Origin: Thermodesulfobacteriota bacterium
Lineage (GTDB): Bacteria; Desulfobacterota; Desulfobacteria; Desulfobacterales; SURF-7
Assembly: GCA_049320885.1 (NCBI GenBank)
Contig: JBMORA010000006.1
Location: 1 to 30,295 of the forward strand
Length of the DNA: 30,295 nucleotides
Direction of reading: 5' to 3'
The notes beneath the pieces are model-generated. The model was not told the origin of the DNA. It saw only the letters and a program-made list of their open reading frames with translations, and did not search any database. Below, piece by piece: positions 1 through 10,200 of this stretch; the stretch's first letter is position 1; every line of letters starts with the position of its first letter. Position numbers and translations under genes: made by a program.

Positions 1-240
1 AGCCGTCGGCGGGGACGAGGAGATTCTCGATCTGACCGACGTGGTGGAGGAGCCCCGGAAGGACGAGGAGGCGACCATCCTGCTGGATGAAATCGAAGCC
101 GCCGGCGGGGACGAGGAGATTCTCGATCTGACCGACGCGGTGGAGGAACCCCGGAGGGATGAGGAAGCGACCATCCTGCTGGATGAAATCGAAGCCGCCG
201 GCACGGACGAGGAAGAAATCCTTGAACTGACCGATGCGAT
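1..240 (+). repeat. Intragenic 96-bp (32-aa) tandem repeat, about 2.5 copies, continuing past the left edge
   Basis: Units start at 1, 97 and 193 (AGCCG[T/C]CGGC...). The unit encodes AAGGDEEILDLTD(V/A)VEEPR(K/R)DEEATILLDEIE. Confidence 0.9.
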
Positions 241-1198
241 AGAAGCGGCCGAGGCCGACGAGAAAGAACGCGTTGATCTGGAAGAGGCGGTGGCGGCATC
301 GGCAGAAGAAGGCATCACCGGGCTGGATGGCGGAGAGCCCCCGCTATCCGCAGAGGAAGAAATGATCGAGTTCGATGAACCGGCGGAAACGGCCCCAGAG
401 GCAGAAATTCCGGAGCTTGCAGATGAAACCGGAGAGCTGTTCGAGACGGAACCGGACGGCTTGGGGCTGTCGTCGGATTTAGTTTCCCCGGATACGGCGG
501 TGACGGAATCAGCGGTGGAAAAGACGGAAACCGCCATCCCGGTCATCATGGACAGAAGAACTCCCATTCCCATTGGACTGGAAGATACAGTCGAATTGAC
601 CCAAGAGGAGGCGGCTGAGCTTGAATCCCCTGAATCCGCATCCGAGGTTGATGAAGAATTGATCGAACTCATTGAAAGCGCTGGCGTCGAAACAGCCGAG
701 GAGGAAGAATTCCCGGATTTCGATGAGACGGCCGAAATGGAAAGCGATCTGTTGGAGGATGAGGATGCGTTGCGGCTGGACGACGAAGGAGAAACCCCTG
801 ATGAAGTCGAGCGGGGGAAGGCGTTTGCCGATTCGCTGGGGGTAGAACTGGTTTCAGCGTTGGTACCCGCGGAGCAACCGCCGGAGAAAGTGCCGAAAGA
901 CGAGAGAGTGCCGGAAAAGCCCGGTTTGATGGCGGTTCATGTGCAGGACAACCGGCAGGAGGGCGGACCGATTGATTTCAAATTCGAATCCCGTCTCCAT
1001 CCGGGCGAGAAGGTCTACCGGGAAAAATACATCGAACCGGATATGAACGCCGTAACGCCGTCGGATTTGGAAAAGGCGCTTCAGCGGGTTGTGCGGGAGA
1101 TGTTCGCTGAAAAAATTGATCGGATGCTGACGGATGTGATCCAGAAGGTCGTGGAAGAAGAGATCAGGAAAATCAAAAACGCACTTCTGGAGGAATAG
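2..1198 (+). CDS. 5'-partial, highly acidic low-complexity protein with C-terminal amphipathic helices; PopZ/RomR-C-like polar scaffold candidate
   Basis: Frame is open from position 2, so the GTG at 41 is probably not the true start. Very E/D/P/A-rich body with repeated EILDLTD/EILELTD motifs. C-terminus LEKALQRVVREMFAEKIDRMLTDVIQKVVEEEIRKIK. Lies directly upstream of valS. Confidence 0.6.
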   Translation, partial: AVGGDEEILDLTDVVEEPRKDEEATILLDEIEAAGGDEEILDLTDAVEEPRRDEEATILLDEIEAAGTDEEEILELTDAIEAAEADEKERVDLEEAVAASAEEGITGLDGGEPPLSAEEEMIEFDEPAETAPEAEIPELADETGELFETEPDGLGLSSDLVSPDTAVTESAVEKTETAIPVIMDRRTPIPIGLEDTVELTQEEAAELESPESASEVDEELIELIESAGVETAEEEEFPDFDETAEMESDLLEDEDALRLDDEGETPDEVERGKAFADSLGVELVSALVPAEQPPEKVPKDERVPEKPGLMAVHVQDNRQEGGPIDFKFESRLHPGEKVYREKYIEPDMNAVTPSDLEKALQRVVREMFAEKIDRMLTDVIQKVVEEEIRKIKNALLEE

Positions 1199-1335
1199 TT
1201 CCAGTCGCCGGGCAGCGGTTTGCCGTCGTCAACGGACGCTTTTTCGCGGAAACGCATCAGGAAGGGCTTGGGGCAGTTCCCCGGGATATATGCCGGGACG
1301 GTATCCATCATCGGCAAAGATCTATAGGGAATTCC

Positions 1336-1366
1336 AGGGGGTTATTCTGTAATCCCCTTTTTTTTT
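1336..1366 (+). terminator. Rho-independent terminator between the acidic-protein gene and valS
   Basis: Stem-loop AGGGGGTTA-TTCTG-TAATCCCCT followed by a long T run ending at 1366. Confidence 0.65.
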
Positions 1367-1374
1367 GATATACT
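1366..1374 (+). promoter_or_regulatory. Putative extended -10 promoter for valS
   Basis: TG-A-TATACT, 31 bp upstream of the valS ATG. No good -35 seen. Confidence 0.4.
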
Positions 1375-1405
1375 GAAAAACGGAGACGGGTTGAGAGGTT
1401 GCCAT

Positions 1406-4090
1406 ATGAGTGACGATACGTTGGAAAGCGCATTGGAAAAAGGATACGAGCCGGGTGAAGTGGAGAAAAAGTGGTATGAGTTCTGGGAAACGGAAGGATT
1501 GTTTTCTGCCAGGGATTCCAGTGAAAAACCGGCATATGCCATTGTCATTCCGCCGCCCAACGTCACCGGCGTGTTGCATATGGGGCATGCCCTGAACAAT
1601 ACCATGCAGGATATTCTTTGCCGGTATCGGCGGTTGAGGGGCGACAATGTGTTGTGGATGCCGGGGACGGATCATGCCGGCATCGCCACTCAGAACGTGG
1701 TGGAGAAAAAATTGGCTGCGGAAGGCACCAACCGCGAAGCTTTGGGCCGCGACCAATTCATCGAGGCCGTATGGCAATGGCGCGAGAAATACGGCAGCGC
1801 CATCATCAACCAGCTGAAACGGCTGGGAGCTTCCTGTGATTGGGAACGGGAGCGTTTTACCATGGATGAGGGCCTGTCCCGGGCCGTGCGCAAGGTCTTT
1901 GTGGAATTGTATGCGGCCGGTCTGATCTATCGGGGGCAGTATATCATCAACTGGTGTCCGCGTTGCAACACCGCCTTGTCCGACCTCGAAGTGGAGCATG
2001 AGGAAACCGCCGGCCGCCTGTATCATATCCGGTATCCCCTGATGGACGGTTCCGGGTACCTGGTGGTCGCCACCACCCGCCCGGAAACCATGCTTGGCGA
2101 TACGGCCGTGGCGGTCAACCCCGAAGACGAAAGATACCGGAATCTTTCGACCGATCAGGTGAAACTGCCCCTTACCGGCCGCCATATCCCCATCATCCGG
2201 GACAACTACGTGGACATGGCTTTCGGCACCGGCGCCTTGAAAGTCACGCCCGCCCATGATCCCAACGATTTCGAGATTTGCAGCCGTCACAATCTGAATA
2301 TCGTCAAGGTCATCGGTGACGAAGGCCGGATGACGGCGGAAGCCGGCCCGGAATATGAAGGCCTGGACCGCTACGATTGCCGGCGCAAGGTGCTGCTCCA
2401 TCTGGAAGAACAGGGCTTGCTGGAAAAGGTTGATGAACACACCCACAGCATCGGTCACTGCTACCGCTGCAAGGACGTGGTCGAGCCGAATCTCTCGAGG
2501 CAGTGGTTCGTCAAGGCCAAACCCCTGGCCCAGGAAGCCATCGCCGCCGTGGAAGACGGCCGCACCCGCATTCTACCGGAAACCTGGACCAAGACCTATT
2601 TTGAGTGGATGTACAATATCCGTGACTGGTGTATATCGCGCCAAATCTGGTGGGGACACCAGATACCTGCATGGACCTGCGGCGGCTGCGGCGAGGTGAT
2701 GGTGGCCATGGAGGCTCCCGTTGCCTGTCCAGCCTGCCAGGGAAAGGATTTGGTCCAGGAAACGGATGTATTGGACACCTGGTTCAGTTCGGCCCTGTGG
2801 CCGTTTTCCACCATGGGCTGGCCGGATCAGACCCGGCTTCTGAAAACATTTTATCCCACGTCGGTCCTGGTTACGGGATTTGATATTCTCTTTTTTTGGG
2901 TGGCCCGCATGATGATGATGGGGCTGTACTTCATGAAGGACGTGCCGTTCAAGGAGGTCTACGTCCATGCTTTGGTGCGGGATGAATACGGCAAGAAGAT
3001 GAGCAAATCCAAGGGAAATGTGATTGACCCGTTGGAAGTCATCGACAAGTACGGCACGGACGCCTTCCGCTTCACGCTGGCGGCCTTCGCCGCCATGGGC
3101 AGGGATATCAAACTGTCCGAGGCCCGGGTGGAAGGATACCGTCACTTCATCAACAAGCTCTGGAACGCGGCCCGGTTCGCTCTGATGCATATCCAGTCCC
3201 ATCAGGAGGTCATCCCCCGGACCCGGATTTCCCTGGCGGATCGCTGGATCCTCTCACGCCTGAGCCGCGCGGCGACACAGACGGCCGAGGCTCTCGACAG
3301 CTACCGGTTCAATGATGCCGCCGGCGCCATGTATAAATTCGTCTGGCATGAATTCTGCGACTGGTATCTCGAAGCCGTCAAGCCCGCATTGAACGGCAAA
3401 AACGGTGAGGAGGCGCAACAAGCTGGAAGGGCCGTGTTGTGGCGGATATTTCATGACACCCTGATTCTGCTGCATCCCTTCATCCCCTTTGTAACCGAGG
3501 AGCTTTGGCATAAACTTCCCGGCACCGAGGGCTCGATCATGCTGGCGTCCTTTCCCGAAGGGCCCGGTCTGACGGATGGGGTTGCGGTCGATTCCGAAGC
3601 GGAAGAAAACATGAACCTCCTGATGGAAGTCATCACCGCTGTCCGCAATATCCGGGGGGAGATGAACATCGCGCCTTCCCTGGCCCTGAATGTCACGGTC
3701 CAATCGGCCCGTGATCATGTCCGCGATCTGATTGCGGCCAACGGCGATCTGGTGACGAACCTGGCGCGTCTCGGAACCCTGGCCGTGGAGCCGCCCGGAG
3801 AACGTCCGAAATCGGCTGCCACGGCGCTGTTTGAAGGCGGAACCATCTTTGTTTCCCTCGCGGGGGTGATCGACTTTTCCCAGGAAGCCAAGCGTCTGGA
3901 AAAAGAACTGGATAAGGTGGCCAGGGAACTGGAGGTGACCGCCAGAAAACTGGAAAACCGGGAATTCATGGGCAAGGCGCCGGAGCACGTGGTGGAAAAG
4001 GTGCGCGCCGGCCACCAGGTGCTGCTGGAAAAACAGCAGAAACTGAGCCACAACCTGGAACGGATCAACGCCTTCATTCATAATTCATAA
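1406..4090 (+). CDS. valS: Valyl-tRNA synthetase
   Basis: PPPNVTGVLHMGHA (HIGH), PGTDHAGIATQ, WCISRQIWWGH, KMSKS and a C-terminal coiled coil. ATG at 1406 follows GAGAGG. Confidence 0.98.
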   Translation: MSDDTLESALEKGYEPGEVEKKWYEFWETEGLFSARDSSEKPAYAIVIPPPNVTGVLHMGHALNNTMQDILCRYRRLRGDNVLWMPGTDHAGIATQNVVEKKLAAEGTNREALGRDQFIEAVWQWREKYGSAIINQLKRLGASCDWERERFTMDEGLSRAVRKVFVELYAAGLIYRGQYIINWCPRCNTALSDLEVEHEETAGRLYHIRYPLMDGSGYLVVATTRPETMLGDTAVAVNPEDERYRNLSTDQVKLPLTGRHIPIIRDNYVDMAFGTGALKVTPAHDPNDFEICSRHNLNIVKVIGDEGRMTAEAGPEYEGLDRYDCRRKVLLHLEEQGLLEKVDEHTHSIGHCYRCKDVVEPNLSRQWFVKAKPLAQEAIAAVEDGRTRILPETWTKTYFEWMYNIRDWCISRQIWWGHQIPAWTCGGCGEVMVAMEAPVACPACQGKDLVQETDVLDTWFSSALWPFSTMGWPDQTRLLKTFYPTSVLVTGFDILFFWVARMMMMGLYFMKDVPFKEVYVHALVRDEYGKKMSKSKGNVIDPLEVIDKYGTDAFRFTLAAFAAMGRDIKLSEARVEGYRHFINKLWNAARFALMHIQSHQEVIPRTRISLADRWILSRLSRAATQTAEALDSYRFNDAAGAMYKFVWHEFCDWYLEAVKPALNGKNGEEAQQAGRAVLWRIFHDTLILLHPFIPFVTEELWHKLPGTEGSIMLASFPEGPGLTDGVAVDSEAEENMNLLMEVITAVRNIRGEMNIAPSLALNVTVQSARDHVRDLIAANGDLVTNLARLGTLAVEPPGERPKSAATALFEGGTIFVSLAGVIDFSQEAKRLEKELDKVARELEVTARKLENREFMGKAPEHVVEKVRAGHQVLLEKQQKLSHNLERINAFIHNS

Positions 4091-4105
4091 TTCGTAATTG
4101 CTTTC

Positions 4106-5029
4106 ATGTGGATCAAAGAACTCATAAAGCTGGCGATCCGCGAGGACATCGGGCCGGGCGACATCACCACCGATTATCTGATCCCGCCTGGTCAGGAAGG
4201 CGTTGGAGTTATCCTCGCCAAACAGCGGTTGGTGCTGGCCGGAACGGATGTGGCCCATCAGGTGTTCAGGACCTTTGATGAGGAACTGCGCCTCGATTGG
4301 TTGAAACAGGATGGTGACTGGGTGGAAGCCGGTGAAACCGTCATGACCGGGAAAGGAAAGCTGGCGGCTCTGCTGAAGGGGGAACGGATTGCGCTGAATT
4401 TTCTGCAACGGCTGTCCGGAATCGCCACCCACGTGCGGGGATTTGTCGATGTGGTCGCCGATCTTCCGGTTCGGCTGGTGGATACCCGTAAAACGACTCC
4501 CGGATGGCGCGAGCTGGAAAAATACGCCGTTCGCGTGGGCGGAGCCTGTAATCATCGCATGGGGTTGTTCGACGGCGTGCTCATCAAGGACAATCACATC
4601 GCCGCTTGCGGCGGGATTCTTTTGGCCGTCCGGCGCGCCCGTGAAAAAGCTCATCATCTGGTAAGGATCGAGGTGGAAGTTTCCAATGCCTTCGAAGTCG
4701 AGGAGGCCCTCCAAGCCGGAGCCGATGTGATCATGCTCGACAACATGACGGACGATCAAATCCGGGCTGCGACGGCCGTCATTGCCGGACGGGCGCTGGT
4801 GGAAGTGTCCGGCAATGTGACCCGGAGTCGCCTGCGGGATCTGGCGACAGCCGGGGCGGACCTGATTTCCGTGGGAGCGCTGACCCATTCGGCCACGGCG
4901 GTGGATTTAAGCATGCGTATTCAGAGCGGGGAAGCTGAAGCCGCCCGCCGTGGGGGTGGGATTCCGGCGGGGAAGGGTTCCCGAAAAGCAGACAGGCGCG
5001 GCACCCTGAAGAAGTCACGGCAGACATGA
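4106..5029 (+). CDS. nadC: Quinolinate phosphoribosyltransferase (nicotinate-nucleotide diphosphorylase), with a basic C-terminal tail
   Basis: EDIGPGDITT, ERIALNFLQRLSGIAT, DTRKTTPG, HRMGLFDGVLIKDNH, IMLDNM, ISVGALTHS. Confidence 0.96.
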   Translation: MWIKELIKLAIREDIGPGDITTDYLIPPGQEGVGVILAKQRLVLAGTDVAHQVFRTFDEELRLDWLKQDGDWVEAGETVMTGKGKLAALLKGERIALNFLQRLSGIATHVRGFVDVVADLPVRLVDTRKTTPGWRELEKYAVRVGGACNHRMGLFDGVLIKDNHIAACGGILLAVRRAREKAHHLVRIEVEVSNAFEVEEALQAGADVIMLDNMTDDQIRAATAVIAGRALVEVSGNVTRSRLRDLATAGADLISVGALTHSATAVDLSMRIQSGEAEAARRGGGIPAGKGSRKADRRGTLKKSRQT

Positions 5030-6015
5030 TTCCGATTCGCGACACCATCCCGTCCCACAACAGGCCAGTCGTCAACCATGCGTTGATCGGCCTGAACGTC
5101 CTGTTGTTTCTGGTGCAGTTGGGGCAGGGGGCGGATCTGGACCGGTTTATATACGTCTACGGGCTGGTGCCCGCCCGCTATTCCGTGCCGCAGCTATCGG
5201 CCTATTTCAGCTGGGGGCAGCAGGCGCTTGCCCTGGTTACGTTCATGTTTCTGCACGGCGGCTTCTGGCATATTCTGGGCAATATGTGGTCGCTGTATAT
5301 TTTCGGCGACAATGTGGAAGATCGCCTGGGGCCGTTGCGGTATCTGGTTTTTTATCTGCTCTGTGGCCTGGTTTCGGGTTTGTTCCACCTGGCTTTGAAT
5401 CTGCATTCCAATGTGCCCACCATCGGTGCCAGTGGCGCCATCGCCGGTGTCATGGGCGCCTATTTCATTCTGTATCCTTCGGCAAAAATTCTGACCATCA
5501 TTCCCATCATCATCATTCCCTGGTTGGTGGAGGTTCCCGCCTTTCTGTTTCTGATGATCTGGTTTGTATTGCAGATCATGAATGCCGCGGGCAGCGAAGC
5601 CGGCGGCATCGCCTGGTGGGCCCACATCGGTGGTTTTCTCTGCGGGATGATTCTGCTGAAGGTTTTTCTGGCCTATCCCCGAATCGGCGCCAACGATCGG
5701 ATCCGGCGGGCCACCATCAAGAAAAAAACCCACCGCCTGCAAGTGATCCAGCCCAGGGGCCGGGGGATGGACGATCCCCATTTGTACGGCGACATTGTGA
5801 TTACCTATTACGAATCCCTCACCGGCACGCGCAAACTGGTCAACATCCCCTGGGGATTTCACAACCGGATGTTCAACATCGCCGTCCCCCGGGGCTCACA
5901 CCAGGGCAGCATGCTGCGGCTCCGCGGTCTGGGAAAAGCGATGCCGGACGGTCAGCGGGGGGATCTGTATCTGCGGGTGGTGGTGGAAGGAGGCGAGGGC
6001 GGCGCTAGACATTGA
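5026..6015 (+). CDS. Rhomboid intramembrane serine protease fused to a DnaJ C-terminal-like domain
   Basis: MFLHGGFWHILGNM, GASG (catalytic Ser), AWWAHIGG (catalytic His). The tail VPRGSHQGSMLRLRGLGKAMPDGQRGDLYLRV resembles DnaJ_C. ATGA overlap with nadC. Confidence 0.9.
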   Translation: MIPIRDTIPSHNRPVVNHALIGLNVLLFLVQLGQGADLDRFIYVYGLVPARYSVPQLSAYFSWGQQALALVTFMFLHGGFWHILGNMWSLYIFGDNVEDRLGPLRYLVFYLLCGLVSGLFHLALNLHSNVPTIGASGAIAGVMGAYFILYPSAKILTIIPIIIIPWLVEVPAFLFLMIWFVLQIMNAAGSEAGGIAWWAHIGGFLCGMILLKVFLAYPRIGANDRIRRATIKKKTHRLQVIQPRGRGMDDPHLYGDIVITYYESLTGTRKLVNIPWGFHNRMFNIAVPRGSHQGSMLRLRGLGKAMPDGQRGDLYLRVVVEGGEGGARH

Positions 6016-7156
6016 ATTCAAGCGTGATCCTCCCGATTTTGATGGTATCGCCGTTGTTGAGCCGCATCGATTGACGGACCTTGCGACCGTTGACCAGTGG
6101 TTTCGACAATCCACTTTGACAGGTCAGATGGCAGCCATCGGCTTTTGACGTGATGAGGGCTGCCGTATGCCCCACCAGCAATCCTTTGGCAACGATATCG
6201 GAGGACTTGCTTTTGCCGATCCGAAACAGCTCTTTGTCAATCGGCACATGGCCGACACCCCCCTTCAAAAAAGTGAGGCCGGGTTTCGGGTTTGCCCCCC
6301 GGGAAAGATCATGCGGCCGGCTCCTTGCCGACATTTCCCGGTATTCCCTGGTGCTCAAAAAAGTAGTCGCGTCCGATGAGTTCAAGGACGGGCCCTCTCC
6401 CTGCAGGGGCTGGGCTATATCGTCGTATGTATAGGTGCCCGTCTCCTCGAACACCAGCTCGTGCCGGCCGATGGTAATCGTATCGCCATTATGAAGTTTG
6501 CACTCGGTGATCGGTTTTTTGTTGACGAAGGTCCCATTTTTGCTGCCCAGATCGGAGATGGTAAATCCGGAGTCAGCCGCCGTGATAAGAGCGTGTCTCG
6601 AAGACACGGCGGCGTTATCGATGACGACCCGGTTCTTCGCCCCCCTGCCGACCCCGGTTTCCCGGTATTTTAATAAATACTTGTACAATACCTCGCCTTT
6701 GTATTTCACCACCAGCAAAGGTGCTTTGTGCCCCGCCCGGTTGTGCCGGTCCAGCAGTTCTTGCTGTTGTTTTGTCGCCAGGAATACGGTTTGATCGGCG
6801 GCCGGCGGCGGCGCCGAATGCGTGCTGCCTTGCTTGACAGGGATATTGTCATTCCGGGACAGGGGGGCGTGATCTGAAAAGATCAATTCATGTTTGCCGA
6901 TGGTGATGACGTCTCCATCCGCGAGGCGCCGGCTAACCACGGGTTTCCCGTTGATGAAGGTACCGTTCCGGCTGCCCGCGTCCTTGATGACGAATCCCAT
7001 GTCATCCGCGCTGATCATGGCATGCCGTCCCGATACGGCCGGGTTGTCGATGACGATGTCATTGCCGGGCGAGCGTCCTATTTGAATGTTTTGACCGCTT
7101 TCAACGGCGTACCGGGCGATTTCCCGATGCTGAGATCGCAGGATGATGGTGGCCAT
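6005..7156 (-). CDS. Protein with three FHA domains (two intact, third degenerate)
   Basis: GR...SGRH...SRNGTFING and GR...SSRH...SKNGTFVN. The third copy has GK and no SxxH. ATG at 7156 follows AAAGGAAA. 11-bp convergent overlap with the rhomboid gene. Confidence 0.9.
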   Translation of the reverse strand: MATIILRSQHREIARYAVESGQNIQIGRSPGNDIVIDNPAVSGRHAMISADDMGFVIKDAGSRNGTFINGKPVVSRRLADGDVITIGKHELIFSDHAPLSRNDNIPVKQGSTHSAPPPAADQTVFLATKQQQELLDRHNRAGHKAPLLVVKYKGEVLYKYLLKYRETGVGRGAKNRVVIDNAAVSSRHALITAADSGFTISDLGSKNGTFVNKKPITECKLHNGDTITIGRHELVFEETGTYTYDDIAQPLQGEGPSLNSSDATTFLSTREYREMSARSRPHDLSRGANPKPGLTFLKGGVGHVPIDKELFRIGKSKSSDIVAKGLLVGHTAALITSKADGCHLTCQSGLSKPLVNGRKVRQSMRLNNGDTIKIGRITLEFNV

Positions 7157-7223
7157 AATGAGTTTCCTTTTTGTGTCAATCCAAATCCGCCAGGGTATCC
7201 AGCTATCATCCGGCATGGGCTGT

Positions 7224-10200
7224 TTATCCGTTTGCCGGCGTTTCCTTTCCGCTCAACAGGAAGCCCAATATGCGTTTCACTTCCTCAAACAGGTACGGTT
7301 TGGCCAGTACCGCATTGAATCCGTACTGCCGGTAATTGGCCATGATGGGATCGTTGGAATAGCCGCTGGAGACGACGGCCTTGACGTGCGGGTCGAGTTG
7401 CCGGATGCGGCCGATGGCCTCCCGGCCGCCCATTTTCCCGGGGATGGTCAAATCCATGATCAGCAGATCGTACGGCCGTTCCCGGGTCAGCGCCTCCCCG
7501 AACCTGGCGAGGGCCTCCTCGCCGTCATGGGCCTTATCAACGGTGTGGCCGAGGATCAACAGCATTTCGCTGGCGACATCCAGGATCACGTCATCATCGT
7601 CCATGATCAAAATCCTGGCGCTGCCGGCGACAATTTCCTCAGCGGCCCCTTGTTCCGAGGACAGCGGTTTGCCGGTGGCCGGCAGGTAGATATCGAATGC
7701 CGATCCCCGGCCGACCTCGGAAGATGCCAGGATATGGCCGCCGTGTTTTTTGATGATGGAATAAGAAATCGAAAGCCCGAGTCCGGTGCCGGTGGACTTG
7801 GTAGTAAAGTAGGGGTCGAATATTTTATCCAGCTCTTTCGGCCGGATTCCGCCGCCCTGGTCAATGATACGGATATGGACATACTCCGTTTCCGAAAGCG
7901 GAACCAGGTTGCGATCCCGGGGGCCGGCGTTGCTGGCCTGGATATGGATGACGCCGCCCTCCGGCATGGATTGCCGCGCATTGATGACGAGGTTGTGGAT
8001 CACCTGGCTGATCTGGCCCGGGTCTGCTTCGATGTTGGCGATATTTTCGTCGATCCGGTACTCGCAGCTGACATTGGAGCCGCTGAGGACAAAGTCAGCC
8101 GTTTCCCGGAGGATGTCGATGATGGAGATGACTTTTTTAAGGGGTTCGCCGCCTTTGGAAAAAGTGAGCAGTTGATGGGTCAGGTTTTTGGCCCGGACCG
8201 AGGCTTTTTCCGCATCCGTCAGAATGGGCAGCAATTCATCGCCTTCTTGCAGCTTCAGCTTGGAAATGGAGATTTTCCCCAGAATGGCCGTGAGCAGATT
8301 GTTGAAGTCATGGGCGATGCCGCCGGCGAAGACCCCCAGGGATTCCAGTTTGGAGGCCTTGAGCAGTTCGGTTTCCATGCGTTTTTTATCGGTGATGTCC
8401 GTTACAATGCCGAAACTGCCGATGAGTTCGCCGGTGTCACCGTAAATCGGTTGGGGGGACACGATGGTTTGGATTTTTTGCCCGTCTTTCCTCAGAATTT
8501 CCAGTTCATATTTCTTCCTGAGGCCCTTTTTCCGGGCTTCGAGTTGGTCCCGGGCGGTACCGGCGTTTGCGGCATCCATAAAAACCGCAAACGAGCGGCC
8601 GATGATCTCCGCATGGTTGTACTGCGTCATATCGCATAACGCTTTGTTGACATACAACAACGTGCCTTCGAGATCCAGCACGCAGAGGCCTTCGTTCATG
8701 GTGTCCACCAGAATTCGGTGGCGGGCCTCGCTTTCCCGCAGGGCCTTTTCCGCATTTTTTCGATCCGTGATATCGGTCATCACGCTGGCCAGATGGGTGA
8801 ATTTCCCATTCAGATCAGGGATTCGGAAAAGATTTTGGATGATGGGGATCTGTTCGCCCCGGCGGGAAAGCAGAACCGATTCGCCGATCCATTGCCCTTT
8901 TGCATGAACCTCGGGGAGAATCAGCGTTTTCATTTTTTCCGCGATCTCCACGGGGTGGTATTCAAAAATTTTGCTGCCGTATGCCTGTTCCGGGGCATCA
9001 TGGCCGATGAGCCGGCAAAGGGAACGATTTACGTAGGTCAGATTGCCTTCCAGATCTGCCATGCCGAAGCCCTGCCCGGTTTCATCCGCAAACATTTTGA
9101 AAATGGACAAATACTTATTGGCCTCGAGCAGTTCCGCCTGGGTCCGGCGCAAGGTCTGGTTGATGGATTCCATCTTCGTATATTGGCGCTGGATTTCTTC
9201 GTACTGGGTGGAGATGGCCATCTCGGCTTTATGCTTGGTTTCGAATAAAAGCGCATTTTCAAGGGCGGTGGCGGCGTGGGTGGACAGAAGCTGGACCACC
9301 TTGACCCGGTCCATGGGAAAGGCGTCGGTCATCAAGGTGTTTTCCAGATAGAACAGCCCTTTCAGTTGCTGCTGTTTGACGATGGGGAGGCATAGAACGG
9401 ACAGAATGCTGTGGCGCGTCAGGTAGGAATCGCCCGCGAACAGGTCGTTGCGGGCGGAACTGGTGACGACTGTCTGTGCTGTCCGCCTGGCGTATTGAAT
9501 AATGGTGTGGGGCATTTCGGAATATTGGGAAATGGGCAGGGAGGAGTGCAGCACGACCTCATCCCGGTCACCCCAGGCCTCGGCTTCCAGGAAAAGTTCC
9601 TTGCCGTCGAGCAGCAGCAGCAAGCCCCGGTTGGCGCCGGCGTTTTCCAGGACGATTTTGATCAGCTTTTCAAGCAGATCGTTCAGCTGGATTTCACTGG
9701 AAATAACTTCCGTGAATCGAAAGATGCTGTCTATGTCCAGGGGCTCCCCGGCCATGGCGGTCGGTTGCGAAGCAACCGGTGAATACCTCATTCCTTCATG
9801 GCCGGTTTGTTGAATCTGCTCGCACTTGGCCGCGGCGCCCCAGGCGCGATAGCAGAAAAGCGCCTGTCCGGTATAGGCCGCCGCCGCCGATGGGTCGCCC
9901 ACCTGTTGCTCATAGAATCTTGCCGCGCACTCGCAGGCGACGGCTTCATGATTCAGGTATCCTTTTTCGTGAGCCTGTTGAATGGCGCGGCGGTACCATG
10001 CCACCGCCTCGAGATTCCGTTCGCGGATTTTCAGGATTTCCGCCCGCAACAGGGAATACTGGTGCTGGTAGTTGTCCGGGCCTTCCGCCGCCCATTTGCG
10101 AAATTTACCGGTTATTTTCCCGAGCCGGCGCCGGTATTTTTTCTGAAGATCGGGACCCAGAGAGGAGTAAAGGGCGGTGATGGTCAAGCCGTGGTAAAAA

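Noticed and set aside
1199..1405. T-box riboswitch upstream of valS
   Set aside because: A terminator is present, but there is no GGTGG T-box motif or specifier stem. It is better explained as the upstream gene's terminator plus a valS promoter.
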